64,000 bases of DNA from Candidatus Daviesbacteria bacterium. Lineage in GTDB: Bacteria > Patescibacteriota > Microgenomatia > Daviesbacterales > UBA10151. The DNA lies in the NCBI GenBank assembly GCA_028715175.1, contig JAQUSJ010000001.1:148356-212355 (forward strand), read 5' to 3'. Position numbers and translations under genes: made by a program. The notes beneath the pieces were generated by a model that had not been told where the DNA came from, ran no database searches, and saw only the letters and a program-made list of their open reading frames with translations. Positions within the stretch are counted from its first letter, which is position 1; each line of letters starts with the position of its first letter. Positions 1 through 9,311 of this stretch are shown piece by piece.

Positions 1-1
1 C

Positions 2-211
2 AGAGGCGGAGAGGGAAGACGGCCTTTTGGAGACAGACCCAGAAGTGGCGGGTTTGATAGACCAAGGTTTGGCGGAGGTGAAAGACGTCCGTTTGGCGGA
101 GAAAGACGAAGCAGTGGATTTAACAGAAGCGGGTCAGGTCGTAGCTCTGGTGGGTTTGATCGTGGAGGCGGTGGCAGGGATAGAGGCGGCCGAGGCGGAT
201 TTAACCGTTAA
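2..211 (+). CDS. 3' end of an upstream gene with an Arg/Gly-rich (RGG) tail; possibly polynucleotide phosphorylase or another RNA-binding protein (partial)
   Basis: Frame 2 is open from the window start: RGGEGRRPFGDRPRSGGFDRPRFGGGERRPFGG...RGGRGGFNR*, stop TAA at 209-211. Identity is inferred from composition and proximity to rnj only. Confidence 0.6.
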   Translation, partial: RGGEGRRPFGDRPRSGGFDRPRFGGGERRPFGGERRSSGFNRSGSGRSSGGFDRGGGGRDRGGRGGFNR

Positions 212-251
212 CTGTTTCATTAACATTGCCATTACGTTGTAGAATAGAAGC

Positions 252-1289
252 ATGGAAAGTTCTGCCCGAACTATAATTGAAGAATTAAGAATCAAGATTA
301 CTCAAGCTAATCTTCCAAACGAAATCGAAGAAAAGCTGATTAATCTCTTGAAATTCAGCGGTCTGTCAATCGGTGGAGGAATGGAACTTGCAAGTTTGGT
401 TTCTTATATTGATTTTGTAATTTCACTGCCTTTTGGGAAATTATCACAGGATATTTTAGATATAAGCAGGACCAGGCAAATTCTGGACAAAAATCACTTT
501 GGTTTACAGTCTGTTAAAGATCGGGTTTTAGAATATCTTTCGGTTTTGATTTTACATAAAACTTCCGGACAAACAAATGATTTCCATGCTCCGATTTTAG
601 CTCTTATTGGTTTGGTTGGTACAGGCAAAACTTCCCTTGCATATTCCATTGCCGAAGCTTTGGGAAGACCCTTGATGAGGATTCCTTTTGGCGGTTTGGG
701 AGACCCGGCCAGCTTGCGCGGTACATCCAGGATCCGTCCGGATGCTGAACCAGGTCAAATTATGAAAGCTATAAGATCAGCCAAGGTTTCAAATCCTGTT
801 ATAGTTTTGGATGAGATAGACCGGGTGGCGGAGGAGTACAAAGTAGATATTATGGGGGTTTTAGTAGAACTTCTTGATCCGGCGCAAAATCAGGCTTTTT
901 TGGATCATTATTTGGATTTTCCATATGATTTATCACAAGTTTTATTTATTGCGACTGCCAATAATACCGGAAATATTGCCACAGCAGTATTGGATAGACT
1001 TGAACCAATTACGATGCCTGCTTATTCAGATGAGGAAAAACTAACCATCGGACGGAATTACCTTTTACCGAAAGCGATTAAAGAAGCGGGATTGGATGAA
1101 AGGTTGCTTTCCATTGATGAGGCGGTGTGGCCGCAAATACTTCGTCCTCTTGGTTTTGATTCCGGGATTCGGTCGTTGTCCCGTTCTTTGCAGGCAATCT
1201 GCCGGAAAGTTGCCAGGAAAAAAGTAGAAGGGGAAACCGGACCGTTTAGAATCTCTCAGGAAAATTTAGGGGAGTTTTTATCAGGATGA
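252..1289 (+). CDS. lon: Lon-like AAA+ ATPase, lacking the N-domain and the C-terminal protease domain
   Basis: Lon-typical HFGLQSVKDRVLEYL, Walker A GLVGTGKT, Walker B VIVLDEID, LLDPAQN..FLDHY, VLFIATAN. Ends at 345 aa before any Ser-Lys protease domain. Confidence 0.85.
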   Translation: MESSARTIIEELRIKITQANLPNEIEEKLINLLKFSGLSIGGGMELASLVSYIDFVISLPFGKLSQDILDISRTRQILDKNHFGLQSVKDRVLEYLSVLILHKTSGQTNDFHAPILALIGLVGTGKTSLAYSIAEALGRPLMRIPFGGLGDPASLRGTSRIRPDAEPGQIMKAIRSAKVSNPVIVLDEIDRVAEEYKVDIMGVLVELLDPAQNQAFLDHYLDFPYDLSQVLFIATANNTGNIATAVLDRLEPITMPAYSDEEKLTIGRNYLLPKAIKEAGLDERLLSIDEAVWPQILRPLGFDSGIRSLSRSLQAICRKVARKKVEGETGPFRISQENLGEFLSG

Positions 1290-2980
1290 AATCATTTAAA
1301 CCAAATTTTTTACCACAGGTAAACAGCAATCAAGCGCTAAGGATAATTCCTCTTGGTGGCGTTGGCGATGTCACCAAAAATATGTATGTTTATGAGTATG
1401 GTGAAGATATTATTATTGTTGATTGCGGAGTGGGTTTTCCGGATGAAGCTATGCCGGGAGTTGATTTGGTTATTCCGGATATTTCATACCTTAGGGATAA
1501 GGTTAATAAAATTAAAGGAATAATTATTACCCACGGGCACGAGGATCATATAGGCAGTTTACCTTATATTTGGCCAGAACTTCAGGCGCCTATTTATACT
1601 CAAAGACTGACAGCCGGTTTTATCAGGGCAAAATTCACCGAACATAATTTGCCAAAAAACAAGATTATCGAAGTTAAAATTGATCAAAAACTGGATTTGG
1701 GAAATTTTAAGATTTCTTTTTATCAAGTATCTCATTCCATACCCGATTCTACAGGGATAGTTATACAAACACCTCAGGGTAAAATTATTCATCAGGCAGA
1801 TTTTAAGATAGACTGGACTCCTGTATCTGGTCAGGTGACAGATGTAGGGAAAATTGCAGAGCTTGGCAGCGAGGGGGTATTAATGCTTCTTATAGATTGT
1901 TTAAGGGTTGAAAAGCCTGGTTTTAACAAATCGGAAAAATCTATTGAAGATACATTTGAAAAAGCTTGCCTTGAAACGTCGGGTAAAGTACTTATTACTA
2001 TGACTTCATCGAACGTTTCAAGAATGCAGCAAGCAATTAATGTAGCAGAAAAATTAGGCAGAAAGGTTGCAGTGGTGGGACGTTCATTTGAAAACAACTT
2101 CCAGGTAGCCAGAGACTTAGGGTATTTATTGGTCCCGCCGGGGATTATAATTGCTCCGGATAGCATTTCCTCCTTCGCCGAAAGTAAAGTTTTGATCCTA
2201 ATTGCCGGAGCGCAAGGACAGTCAGATTCTTCGCTTGCGAGGGCAGCGAACGAGGAGCACAGGCAAGTCAAACTTAAAGAAGGAGACAGCGTGATATTTT
2301 CTGCAGACCCGATTCCGTCAACAGAATCTGCCCAGAATGCATTAATTGATTCGCTGTCAAGATTAGGTTTAAACGTTTATTATTCTGCTGTACTTTCCGA
2401 TCTTCATGTTTCAGGTCATGCAGCACTTGAGGAACTTAAGTTGATGGTTAATTTAATCAAGCCAAAATTTATGTTTCCTATTGGAGGAACTTTTAGGCAC
2501 ATGGAAGCTTTTTCCAAAATGGCGGAGGAGATGGGATATGATAAAAAACAAGTCTTGAATGTTGAAGACGGAGATATTTTAGAGATTAGGGGTGAAGGTG
2601 TTAAACTTGCCGGTAAAGTTGATATACAAAATGTGTATGTGGACGGATTGGGGATTGGTGATATAGGACATGTGGTGTTGCGGGACAGACAGAAGATGAG
2701 CGAAGAAGGAGTGGTTGTGGTAGTGGTATCTGTCGATCAACATACCGGTAAGTCGGTATCTGATGTGGATATTCTCTCAAGAGGATTTGTTTTTGGGGAA
2801 ACAGCCGAAGGCATTCTGAATGAGGCAAAGGTAGTAGTTAAGAATGCTTTGCAAAAACATACTCATAAAACCGCCGATTGGCGTTTTATCAGAAGAATTA
2901 TTGAAGATTCATTAGATAAATTCTTATATCAGACAACAGAAAGGAGACCATTGATTCTATCAGTAGTGGTGGAAGTTTAA
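1286..2980 (+). CDS. rnj: Ribonuclease J
   Basis: IIPLGGVGDVTKNM, metallo-beta-lactamase THGHEDHIG, HVSGHA and C-terminal LRDR..MSEEG motifs. Confidence 0.95.
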   Translation: MKSFKPNFLPQVNSNQALRIIPLGGVGDVTKNMYVYEYGEDIIIVDCGVGFPDEAMPGVDLVIPDISYLRDKVNKIKGIIITHGHEDHIGSLPYIWPELQAPIYTQRLTAGFIRAKFTEHNLPKNKIIEVKIDQKLDLGNFKISFYQVSHSIPDSTGIVIQTPQGKIIHQADFKIDWTPVSGQVTDVGKIAELGSEGVLMLLIDCLRVEKPGFNKSEKSIEDTFEKACLETSGKVLITMTSSNVSRMQQAINVAEKLGRKVAVVGRSFENNFQVARDLGYLLVPPGIIIAPDSISSFAESKVLILIAGAQGQSDSSLARAANEEHRQVKLKEGDSVIFSADPIPSTESAQNALIDSLSRLGLNVYYSAVLSDLHVSGHAALEELKLMVNLIKPKFMFPIGGTFRHMEAFSKMAEEMGYDKKQVLNVEDGDILEIRGEGVKLAGKVDIQNVYVDGLGIGDIGHVVLRDRQKMSEEGVVVVVVSVDQHTGKSVSDVDILSRGFVFGETAEGILNEAKVVVKNALQKHTHKTADWRFIRRIIEDSLDKFLYQTTERRPLILSVVVEV

Positions 2981-3016
2981 CCCATAGTTTTATGGTATAA
3001 TTATTACATTCTTTAT

Positions 3017-5116
3017 ATGGCAAGAAGAAGATCAATCTATAAATTACCCAAGTTTAGGTTAAAACAGAAAACTATAACTGCTGTTGGTACCCTAATAGCT
3101 TTCAGCTTGAGCGTTTTATCAATTGTGGCACTTTTTACCCATTCTCAAACACTAGTATTTTGGAGAGATTTTCTAAATGAGTATTTAGGTGTAGCAAAAA
3201 TTGCCTCCCCAATCATTTTTTTGCTTTCCGGTTTGGTTCTGACAAAAGCCAAATGGAAAATAGCACAGACTAATGTTCTTTTGGGATTTATTTTACTGGT
3301 TTTATCCAGTGTTTCATTTGTTGCGGCGCTAAATTCTGAAAAAGCGGGTTCGATCGGGCAAACTTTGTGGATACAGCTGTCTTCTTTTGTCACTCCGCTT
3401 GGGGCAGCCACTTTGTTTGTGTTAGTTTTCCTGATTGGTTTGGTTGTACTTTTTAATACTTCCCTGCAGCAAATTTTTGCCGTTTTTGTTTATATTTTTA
3501 ATATCTTGCAAAGACTGTTTAAAGCAATTTTTAACAATCAGCGGACATTTGAAGCAAAACATATTCCGATTAAAGTTTCCGGGGTTGACGAACGCCCCGT
3601 CACAAAACCGCTGGCAATGCAGCAAAAAGAGGCCGTTATTGCTGATGTATTGGTACAAAATGTGGCCGGGCAAAGTAAAATCTGGAAATATCCACCTTTA
3701 AATTTATTATCTGATAAAGTGGGATCGGCCGCTGAAAGAGGTAATGTTAAAGATAATGCTAATATTATCGAAAAAACGCTAGATTCATTTGGGATTCAGG
3801 CAAATGTGGCAGAAGTCAACGGCGGGCCGGCAGTAACACAATATGCGCTGCGGATTTCAGCAGGAACCAAAATTTCGAAGATTGCCAATTTACAGCATGA
3901 TATTGCGCTGTCTCTGGCTACGCCTACCGGTACTGTCAGAATTGAGGCGCCTATTCCCGGAAAATCCCTGGTTGGTATTGAGGTACCAAACCGCTCTCTT
4001 GAGATAGTCGGCTTGAAACAAATTTTAGCATCAGAAGAGATGCAGAAGCATAAATCAAGACTGGCTGTTGCACTGGGACGGGATACTTCTTCAAAGCCAA
4101 TGATTGTAGATATAGATAAGATGCCTCACGTTCTGATTGCCGGTACAACCGGTTCAGGTAAATCGGTGTTAATTAATGCAGTTATTGCTTCCTTGCTTTT
4201 CAGGAATTCACCGGACACCTTGAAGATGATTTTGATTGATCCAAAAAGGGTAGAACTGACAAACTACAATGGTATTCCTCATCTTCTAACACCGGTTATT
4301 ACGGAACCGGAAAAGATTTTATCTTCCTTGAAGTGGGCAATGGCCGAAATGGATAGACGCTATAAATTATTCCAGTCAGTCGGAGTGCGTAATATCACGG
4401 GTTATAATGAAATGTCCGGTTTTCAGGCCCTGCCGTATATTGTCATTATTGTTGACGAGTTGGCCGATCTTATGATGTTTGCGCCGGTTGAGATTGAGGA
4501 TGCAATTACCAGGATTGCCCAACTAGCTAGGGCAACAGGAATTCATCTGGTGGTGGCAACCCAGCGGCCTTCTGTTGACGTTATTACAGGTTTAATCAAA
4601 GCCAATATCCCCTGCCGGATTGCATTTAACGTATCTTCCATGATTGACTCCCGGGTTATTTTAGACGGACCCGGGGCGGAGAAATTGCTGGGACGGGGAG
4701 ATATGTTGTTTTTGCCTCCGGATGCTTCAAAACCGATTCGTATTCAAGGAGTGTTTGTTCAGGATAATGAGATCGAGAGTTTGATTAAATATCTTAAGAA
4801 TACCGGCATTGCGCCGGAATATACTACAGAGGTAACGGAGATGCCGCTGGGCAGGTGGGGCGGAAGAAATGGTAATGGAGGCGAAAAAGACCAGTTATTT
4901 GAGGAGGCAGTTAAAACTATTTGCCAATATGATCGGGCTTCGGCATCGCTGCTTCAAAGAAGGCTTAAGGTCGGTTATGCCAGAGCTGCCAGGATTTTAG
5001 ATGAGCTGGAGGCAGCAGGGATTGTTGGCCCGGGTGAAGGTTCAAAGCCCAGGGATGTGCTGGTCCGTAATGCTGAGGAATATTTTGCAGCTCAACAAAG
5101 TGCGAGCGGAAATTAA
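3017..5116 (+). CDS. ftsK: DNA translocase FtsK/SpoIIIE
   Basis: N-terminal TM helices, PHVLIAGTTGSGKS, IIVDELADLM, ATQRPSVDVITG, gamma domain ASASLLQRRLKVGYARAARILDELE. Confidence 0.96.
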   Translation: MARRRSIYKLPKFRLKQKTITAVGTLIAFSLSVLSIVALFTHSQTLVFWRDFLNEYLGVAKIASPIIFLLSGLVLTKAKWKIAQTNVLLGFILLVLSSVSFVAALNSEKAGSIGQTLWIQLSSFVTPLGAATLFVLVFLIGLVVLFNTSLQQIFAVFVYIFNILQRLFKAIFNNQRTFEAKHIPIKVSGVDERPVTKPLAMQQKEAVIADVLVQNVAGQSKIWKYPPLNLLSDKVGSAAERGNVKDNANIIEKTLDSFGIQANVAEVNGGPAVTQYALRISAGTKISKIANLQHDIALSLATPTGTVRIEAPIPGKSLVGIEVPNRSLEIVGLKQILASEEMQKHKSRLAVALGRDTSSKPMIVDIDKMPHVLIAGTTGSGKSVLINAVIASLLFRNSPDTLKMILIDPKRVELTNYNGIPHLLTPVITEPEKILSSLKWAMAEMDRRYKLFQSVGVRNITGYNEMSGFQALPYIVIIVDELADLMMFAPVEIEDAITRIAQLARATGIHLVVATQRPSVDVITGLIKANIPCRIAFNVSSMIDSRVILDGPGAEKLLGRGDMLFLPPDASKPIRIQGVFVQDNEIESLIKYLKNTGIAPEYTTEVTEMPLGRWGGRNGNGGEKDQLFEEAVKTICQYDRASASLLQRRLKVGYARAARILDELEAAGIVGPGEGSKPRDVLVRNAEEYFAAQQSASGN

Positions 5117-5288
5117 ATTCAGTATTTAAAAATCAATTTATTCACGATCGTGAACATTTTGAATCCTTAACCATTAACTTCCTTAACTATTAACTTTAGA
5201 ATACTGAGGTGTAACTACAATTTCACCCCCGAGGTGGAAGCATGGAAGCAGGAATAATGGCAGATTATGAATTTGGTACAATTGAGCA

Positions 5289-5876
5289 ATGAAATCTCAA
5301 AATCTAACCTTCAAAGAAACAGATCAGATTATAAAACTTTTAAAATCTGGCAAAGTTGGCGTGATGCCGACGGATACTATTTATGGAATTGTCGGGTTGG
5401 CGCTTAACCCAAAAACTGTTGAGGAAATTTATTCTTTGCGGAAGAGAACGACCGATAAGCCAATGATCATATTGATTTCCTCGATAGAAGATTTGAGAAA
5501 ATTTGATATAAAGATCACAAAAGCGCAAACTGATTTTTTAAAAAAGATTTGGCCCAATCCGGTCAGTGTGATTTTGCCATGCCTCCAAGATAAATTTTCT
5601 TATCTTCATAGAGATAAAAAGAGTTTGGCATTTAGGATACCAAAAAACGAAATACTACAGGGAATTTTAAAAAAAGTCGGTCCTTTAGTTGCACCTAGTA
5701 CAAACTTTGAAGATAGTAAACCAGCCGAAACTATTCATAAGGCAAAACAATATTTTGGGGATAAGGTATCTTTTTATGTAGACGGAGGAAAATTAAAGTC
5801 TAAACCTTCGACAATCGTTAGACTATACAAGGATGGCACGCGGATAGTTTTAAGAGAAGGTACTTACAGGGTATAA
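5289..5876 (+). CDS. tsaC: L-threonylcarbamoyladenylate synthase (Sua5/YrdC family)
   Basis: PTDTIYGI, IYSLRKR..DKP, PLVAPSTN, KPSTIV motifs. Confidence 0.9.
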   Translation: MKSQNLTFKETDQIIKLLKSGKVGVMPTDTIYGIVGLALNPKTVEEIYSLRKRTTDKPMIILISSIEDLRKFDIKITKAQTDFLKKIWPNPVSVILPCLQDKFSYLHRDKKSLAFRIPKNEILQGILKKVGPLVAPSTNFEDSKPAETIHKAKQYFGDKVSFYVDGGKLKSKPSTIVRLYKDGTRIVLREGTYRV

Positions 5877-5886
5877 TATCGGTTAC

Positions 5887-6525
5887 ATGAGAACTGCTGG
5901 ACAGATTTTAAAAGAAGAAAGAGAAAGAAAATTTTATACTCTGGACGAGATTGAGAAAGCTACAAAGATTAGAAAAGAACTGTTAGAGGCGTTAGAAGCA
6001 GGTCAGTATTCAAAACTTCCTCCGCAAACTTTTGTTCAGGGTTTTATTAAAAATTACGGTAAATTCCTGGGACTTAGTCAGGATAAATTATTGGCAATAT
6101 ATAGGAGAGAGTTTTCTGAATCGAAACATCCTCCCCGGATTTTGGATTCATTTAAAGAGCCTATTGAAAAGAAAAAATTTAAGCTTACACCGGCAAGAGC
6201 TTTGGGAAGCGTGGTTTTAGGTCTTATTATTATTTTTTTTGTCTATCTTTGGATCCAATATAGATTTTTGGTAGGAGGACCATTTTTGGAGGTAAGCCAA
6301 CCGGTTAACCAGTTTAATACAACTTCTCCGGCAGTGCAGGTTACGGGTAGAACGGATCCGGAGGCGAAAGTAAGCATTAACAATCAAGAAGTTGGGGTAG
6401 ATACCTCCGGAAGATTCTCGCAAGAGATTAAGCTGACTGATAATATAAGCAATATAGAAATTAGCGCTAAATCAAAAAGCGGCCAAGTCACAAAAATCGA
6501 AAGAACGGTTTTTTTGAAAAAATGA
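5887..6525 (+). CDS. RodZ-like HTH membrane protein with C-terminal Ig-like domain
   Basis: N-terminal HTH (GQILKEERE...TKIRKELLEALEAGQYSKLP..FVQGFIKNY), one TM helix, beta-rich C-terminus. Confidence 0.75.
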   Translation: MRTAGQILKEERERKFYTLDEIEKATKIRKELLEALEAGQYSKLPPQTFVQGFIKNYGKFLGLSQDKLLAIYRREFSESKHPPRILDSFKEPIEKKKFKLTPARALGSVVLGLIIIFFVYLWIQYRFLVGGPFLEVSQPVNQFNTTSPAVQVTGRTDPEAKVSINNQEVGVDTSGRFSQEIKLTDNISNIEISAKSKSGQVTKIERTVFLKK

Positions 6526-6566
6526 CCCCGATTTATTGTGGGTTATCCTGAGCAATTAGCGACCGC

Positions 6567-6593
6567 GTGCCGCCATAGCTTTAGCGGTGGCGC
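6567..6593. repeat. Short palindromic element (CGCC-arm family), related to 48922-48947
   Basis: GTGCCGCC-ATAGCTTTAGC-GGTGGCGC. Its reverse complement CGCCACCGCTAAAGCTATGGCGG aligns with CGCCTTCGCCAAGGCTTCGGCGG at 48924-48946. Confidence 0.6.
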
Positions 6594-6624
6594 AAGGATC
6601 TATTATTATGTTAAACTTAAGCTC

Positions 6625-6915
6625 ATGGATTATTTACAAATTGCTTTAATTTTTTTGATTTTGCTACTGTCCATTTTCCTGGCCATTACCGGTATTCAGG
6701 TATTTTTTATTTTACGGGATCTGAAGAAAGCTCTGGATAAATTTAATGCAATTTTGCAAACAGGTGAGGACTTGGCGGAAGATATTGAAAGGCCGATGGC
6801 AGCTGCCAGCAGTCTGGCAACTAGCACAGGAGCAGCGGTTGTTTCAGGTGCAGCTAAGGTGCTGGAAAAAATCATCAAACCCAAACCAAAAAGATTTTAC
6901 AAAAAGGTTCTTTAA
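6625..6915 (+). CDS. Small single-TM membrane protein (general-stress YtxG/DUF948-like architecture)
   Basis: MDYLQIALIFLILLLSIFLAITGIQVFF TM followed by an amphipathic helix. ATG 6625 follows an extended -10 TGTTAAACT; the longer ORF-track start lies in a repeat. Confidence 0.65.
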   Translation: MDYLQIALIFLILLLSIFLAITGIQVFFILRDLKKALDKFNAILQTGEDLAEDIERPMAAASSLATSTGAAVVSGAAKVLEKIIKPKPKRFYKKVL

Positions 6916-6919
6916 TATT

Positions 6920-7141
6920 TTATATAAATTTTTCCAGCTCTTTTCTGGTCATGCCAGCCTGCTTAAGGATGCTAGTGAATGTACCAATAGCTATTTCTTT
7001 ATGATTTGGAACAATGACAGTAAAATGCTTATTTCCTTGTCTTTTAAAGAGTTTAATATGGCTTCCTCTTTGACTGATAACGCAAAATCCTGCCCTTTGC
7101 AAGGCTGAAAGTATGATGCGGGCAGAGTATAGCTTAGGCAT
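6920..7141 (-). CDS. hicA: HicA family toxin
   Basis: 73 aa; SQRGSHIKL, VIVPNHKEIAIGTFTSILKQAG. Confidence 0.9.
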   Translation of the reverse strand: MPKLYSARIILSALQRAGFCVISQRGSHIKLFKRQGNKHFTVIVPNHKEIAIGTFTSILKQAGMTRKELEKFI

Positions 7142-7349
7142 TAATTTGGATGGATAAATCCTGAAGTCTTGGTTTACTTACTGGTGTTAGTTCAATATTA
7201 GATTGGTCTTCAAAGTATAATTCAAGAGCCTCTTTTAAATTGTCCAAAGCTTCTGTGTGGGTTTTGCCTTGACTAGTTACTTCTATCTCTAGAGCTTTGG
7301 CAACATACCATTTATCTTCTTTCCATACTACAGAATGAATTCTTTTCAT
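7134..7349 (-). CDS. hicB: HicB family antitoxin (short form, no C-terminal DNA-binding domain)
   Basis: MKRIHSVVWKEDKWYVA...TSQGKTHTEALDNLKEALELYFE. Overlaps the hicA start by 8 nt. Confidence 0.88.
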   Translation of the reverse strand: MKRIHSVVWKEDKWYVAKALEIEVTSQGKTHTEALDNLKEALELYFEDQSNIELTPVSKPRLQDLSIQINA

Positions 7350-7421
7350 AGGTGTATTATACCATTTACTTGATAGAGGTTTATGCTTCGTTTGGAGGAT
7401 AATAAGTGTTAAAATACCAAC

Positions 7422-9305
7422 ATGACATCTCAAGAATTAAGAGCAAAATTTTTAAAATTTTTTGAAAAGAATGATCACAAAATTATTCCTTCTGCCTCTT
7501 TGGTACCCTCGGAAGAAGAACAGCTTGAGGGTAAGGAAAAAGTTTTATTTACCAGCGCCGGAATGCAACCCTTGATCCCCTATCTTATAGGACAAAAAGA
7601 GCCTCCTAGTAAAAGATTGGCCAATGTCCAAAAGTGCTTAAGGACAGACGATATTGAAAAAGTGGGAGATGCAGTTCATCATACTTTTTTTGAGATGTTA
7701 GGTAATTGGTCCATAGGTGATTATTGGAAAGAAGAAGCAATCAGATTGTCTTTTGAATTTCTAACACAAGAATTAGGAATACCTATAGAAAAACTTGCTA
7801 TTTCTGTTTTCGCTGGTGATGAGGATGCGCCAAAAGACGAGGAGTCGGCTCAAATATGGAAGAGTTTAGGGATTTCTGAGAAAAGAATATTTTACTTTGG
7901 TAAAAATCATAATTGGTGGCCTACAGGTGAAAAATCAGGTCTGTGCGGTCCTGATACAGAAATGTTTTATTGGATAGGTGGTGGTAAACCAGAAGGTAAA
8001 CCTAATGAAGATTCACGATGGGTGGAAATTTGGAATGATGTTTTCATGCAGTTTAATAGAAAAGAAGACGGTACTTTAGAAGATTTGCCTCAAAAAAATG
8101 TGGATACAGGAATGGGTTTAGAAAGAATACTGGCTGTATTAAATGGAAAAGAAAGCGACTATGAAACAGATTTATTTTTACCAATTATAAAGGTAGCGGA
8201 AGAACAACTATTAATAAAATTTAAATATGGAGAGGACAAACGAGTAGATCGCGCTTTTAAAATAATAGCTGATCATATAAAGGCAGTAGTTTTTTTGATT
8301 AATGAAGATATAGAACCTAGCAATAAAGATCGAGGATATATCTTAAGAAGATTGATAAGGCGAACGCTGACGCAAAACCATTTATGGGGTGATATAAATT
8401 CTTCTATATCGTTGTTAGTCAATAGTGTCATTGAGATTTATAAGAATAAATATAGTGATCTTGCCAGGAATACTCAACACATAAAAGATGTTATCAAACA
8501 AGAAGAAATAGGTGCGAATAAAGCAGTGAATGCTGCAATGACTGTGTGGAGAAAGTGGGTTGAAGAAGAACATAGAGGAGGTTTTGGAAGTCAGCCATTT
8601 GGAACGGCGACTTTTGGTTCTGGTGGGTACCTTCCTCCTGTATCGGCAGAAAAGATGTTTGATCTTTATCAATCATATGGATTACATCCTGAAATCATGG
8701 AAGAAATTACTCAAGGACAATTTGATAGGACAGGTTTCGACAAGCTATTTTTTGAACATCAAAAAAGATCTAGAGCTGGATTAATACAAAAATTCGCTGG
8801 GGGATTAGCAGGACATTCAGAGACGGAGATCAAATATCACACTGCCACTCATCTTTTGCATCAGGCCTTGCGGGATGTTTTGGGGCCGGAGGTTTTTCAA
8901 AAAGGTTCCAATATCACAGCTGAAAGGCTCAGATTTGATTTTTCCTATCCAGAGAAATTAACAGATGAACAAATTAAAAAAGTTGAAGATTTAGTTAACC
9001 AAAAAATAGCAGAAGATTTGGAAGTTACATCAGAAGTAATGAGTAAAGAAGAAGCATTAAAATCCGGAGCTTTGGGATTTTTCAATGAGAAATACGGGGA
9101 CAAGGTTAAAGTTTACACAATAGGTAGCCCTTCGACCTTTCGGCCTCGCTCAGGGCTGGCAAGCTCAAAATCTCCCTTTTCAAGGGAGATTTGCGGTGGG
9201 CCGCATGTTGAGCGTACCGGAGTAATAGGAAAAATTCAGATAATAAAAGAAGAAGCAGTATCTTCCGGCATACGTCGAATTAGGGCGGAAATTGTGTTAA
9301 GATAA
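7422..9305 (+). CDS. alaS: Alanine--tRNA ligase (short form: catalytic + editing domains, no C-Ala domain)
   Basis: LFTSAGMQP, HHTFFEMLGNWS, EIWNDVFMQF, VDTGMGLER, editing HTATHLL and EICGGPHV; ends at GIRRIRA. Confidence 0.96.
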   Translation: MTSQELRAKFLKFFEKNDHKIIPSASLVPSEEEQLEGKEKVLFTSAGMQPLIPYLIGQKEPPSKRLANVQKCLRTDDIEKVGDAVHHTFFEMLGNWSIGDYWKEEAIRLSFEFLTQELGIPIEKLAISVFAGDEDAPKDEESAQIWKSLGISEKRIFYFGKNHNWWPTGEKSGLCGPDTEMFYWIGGGKPEGKPNEDSRWVEIWNDVFMQFNRKEDGTLEDLPQKNVDTGMGLERILAVLNGKESDYETDLFLPIIKVAEEQLLIKFKYGEDKRVDRAFKIIADHIKAVVFLINEDIEPSNKDRGYILRRLIRRTLTQNHLWGDINSSISLLVNSVIEIYKNKYSDLARNTQHIKDVIKQEEIGANKAVNAAMTVWRKWVEEEHRGGFGSQPFGTATFGSGGYLPPVSAEKMFDLYQSYGLHPEIMEEITQGQFDRTGFDKLFFEHQKRSRAGLIQKFAGGLAGHSETEIKYHTATHLLHQALRDVLGPEVFQKGSNITAERLRFDFSYPEKLTDEQIKKVEDLVNQKIAEDLEVTSEVMSKEEALKSGALGFFNEKYGDKVKVYTIGSPSTFRPRSGLASSKSPFSREICGGPHVERTGVIGKIQIIKEEAVSSGIRRIRAEIVLR

Positions 9306-9311
9306 TTTAAA

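Noticed and set aside
27-242. 71-aa ORF in the track
   Set aside because: Shadow of the frame-2 RGG-rich gene end (2-211), and it runs over the lon promoter.
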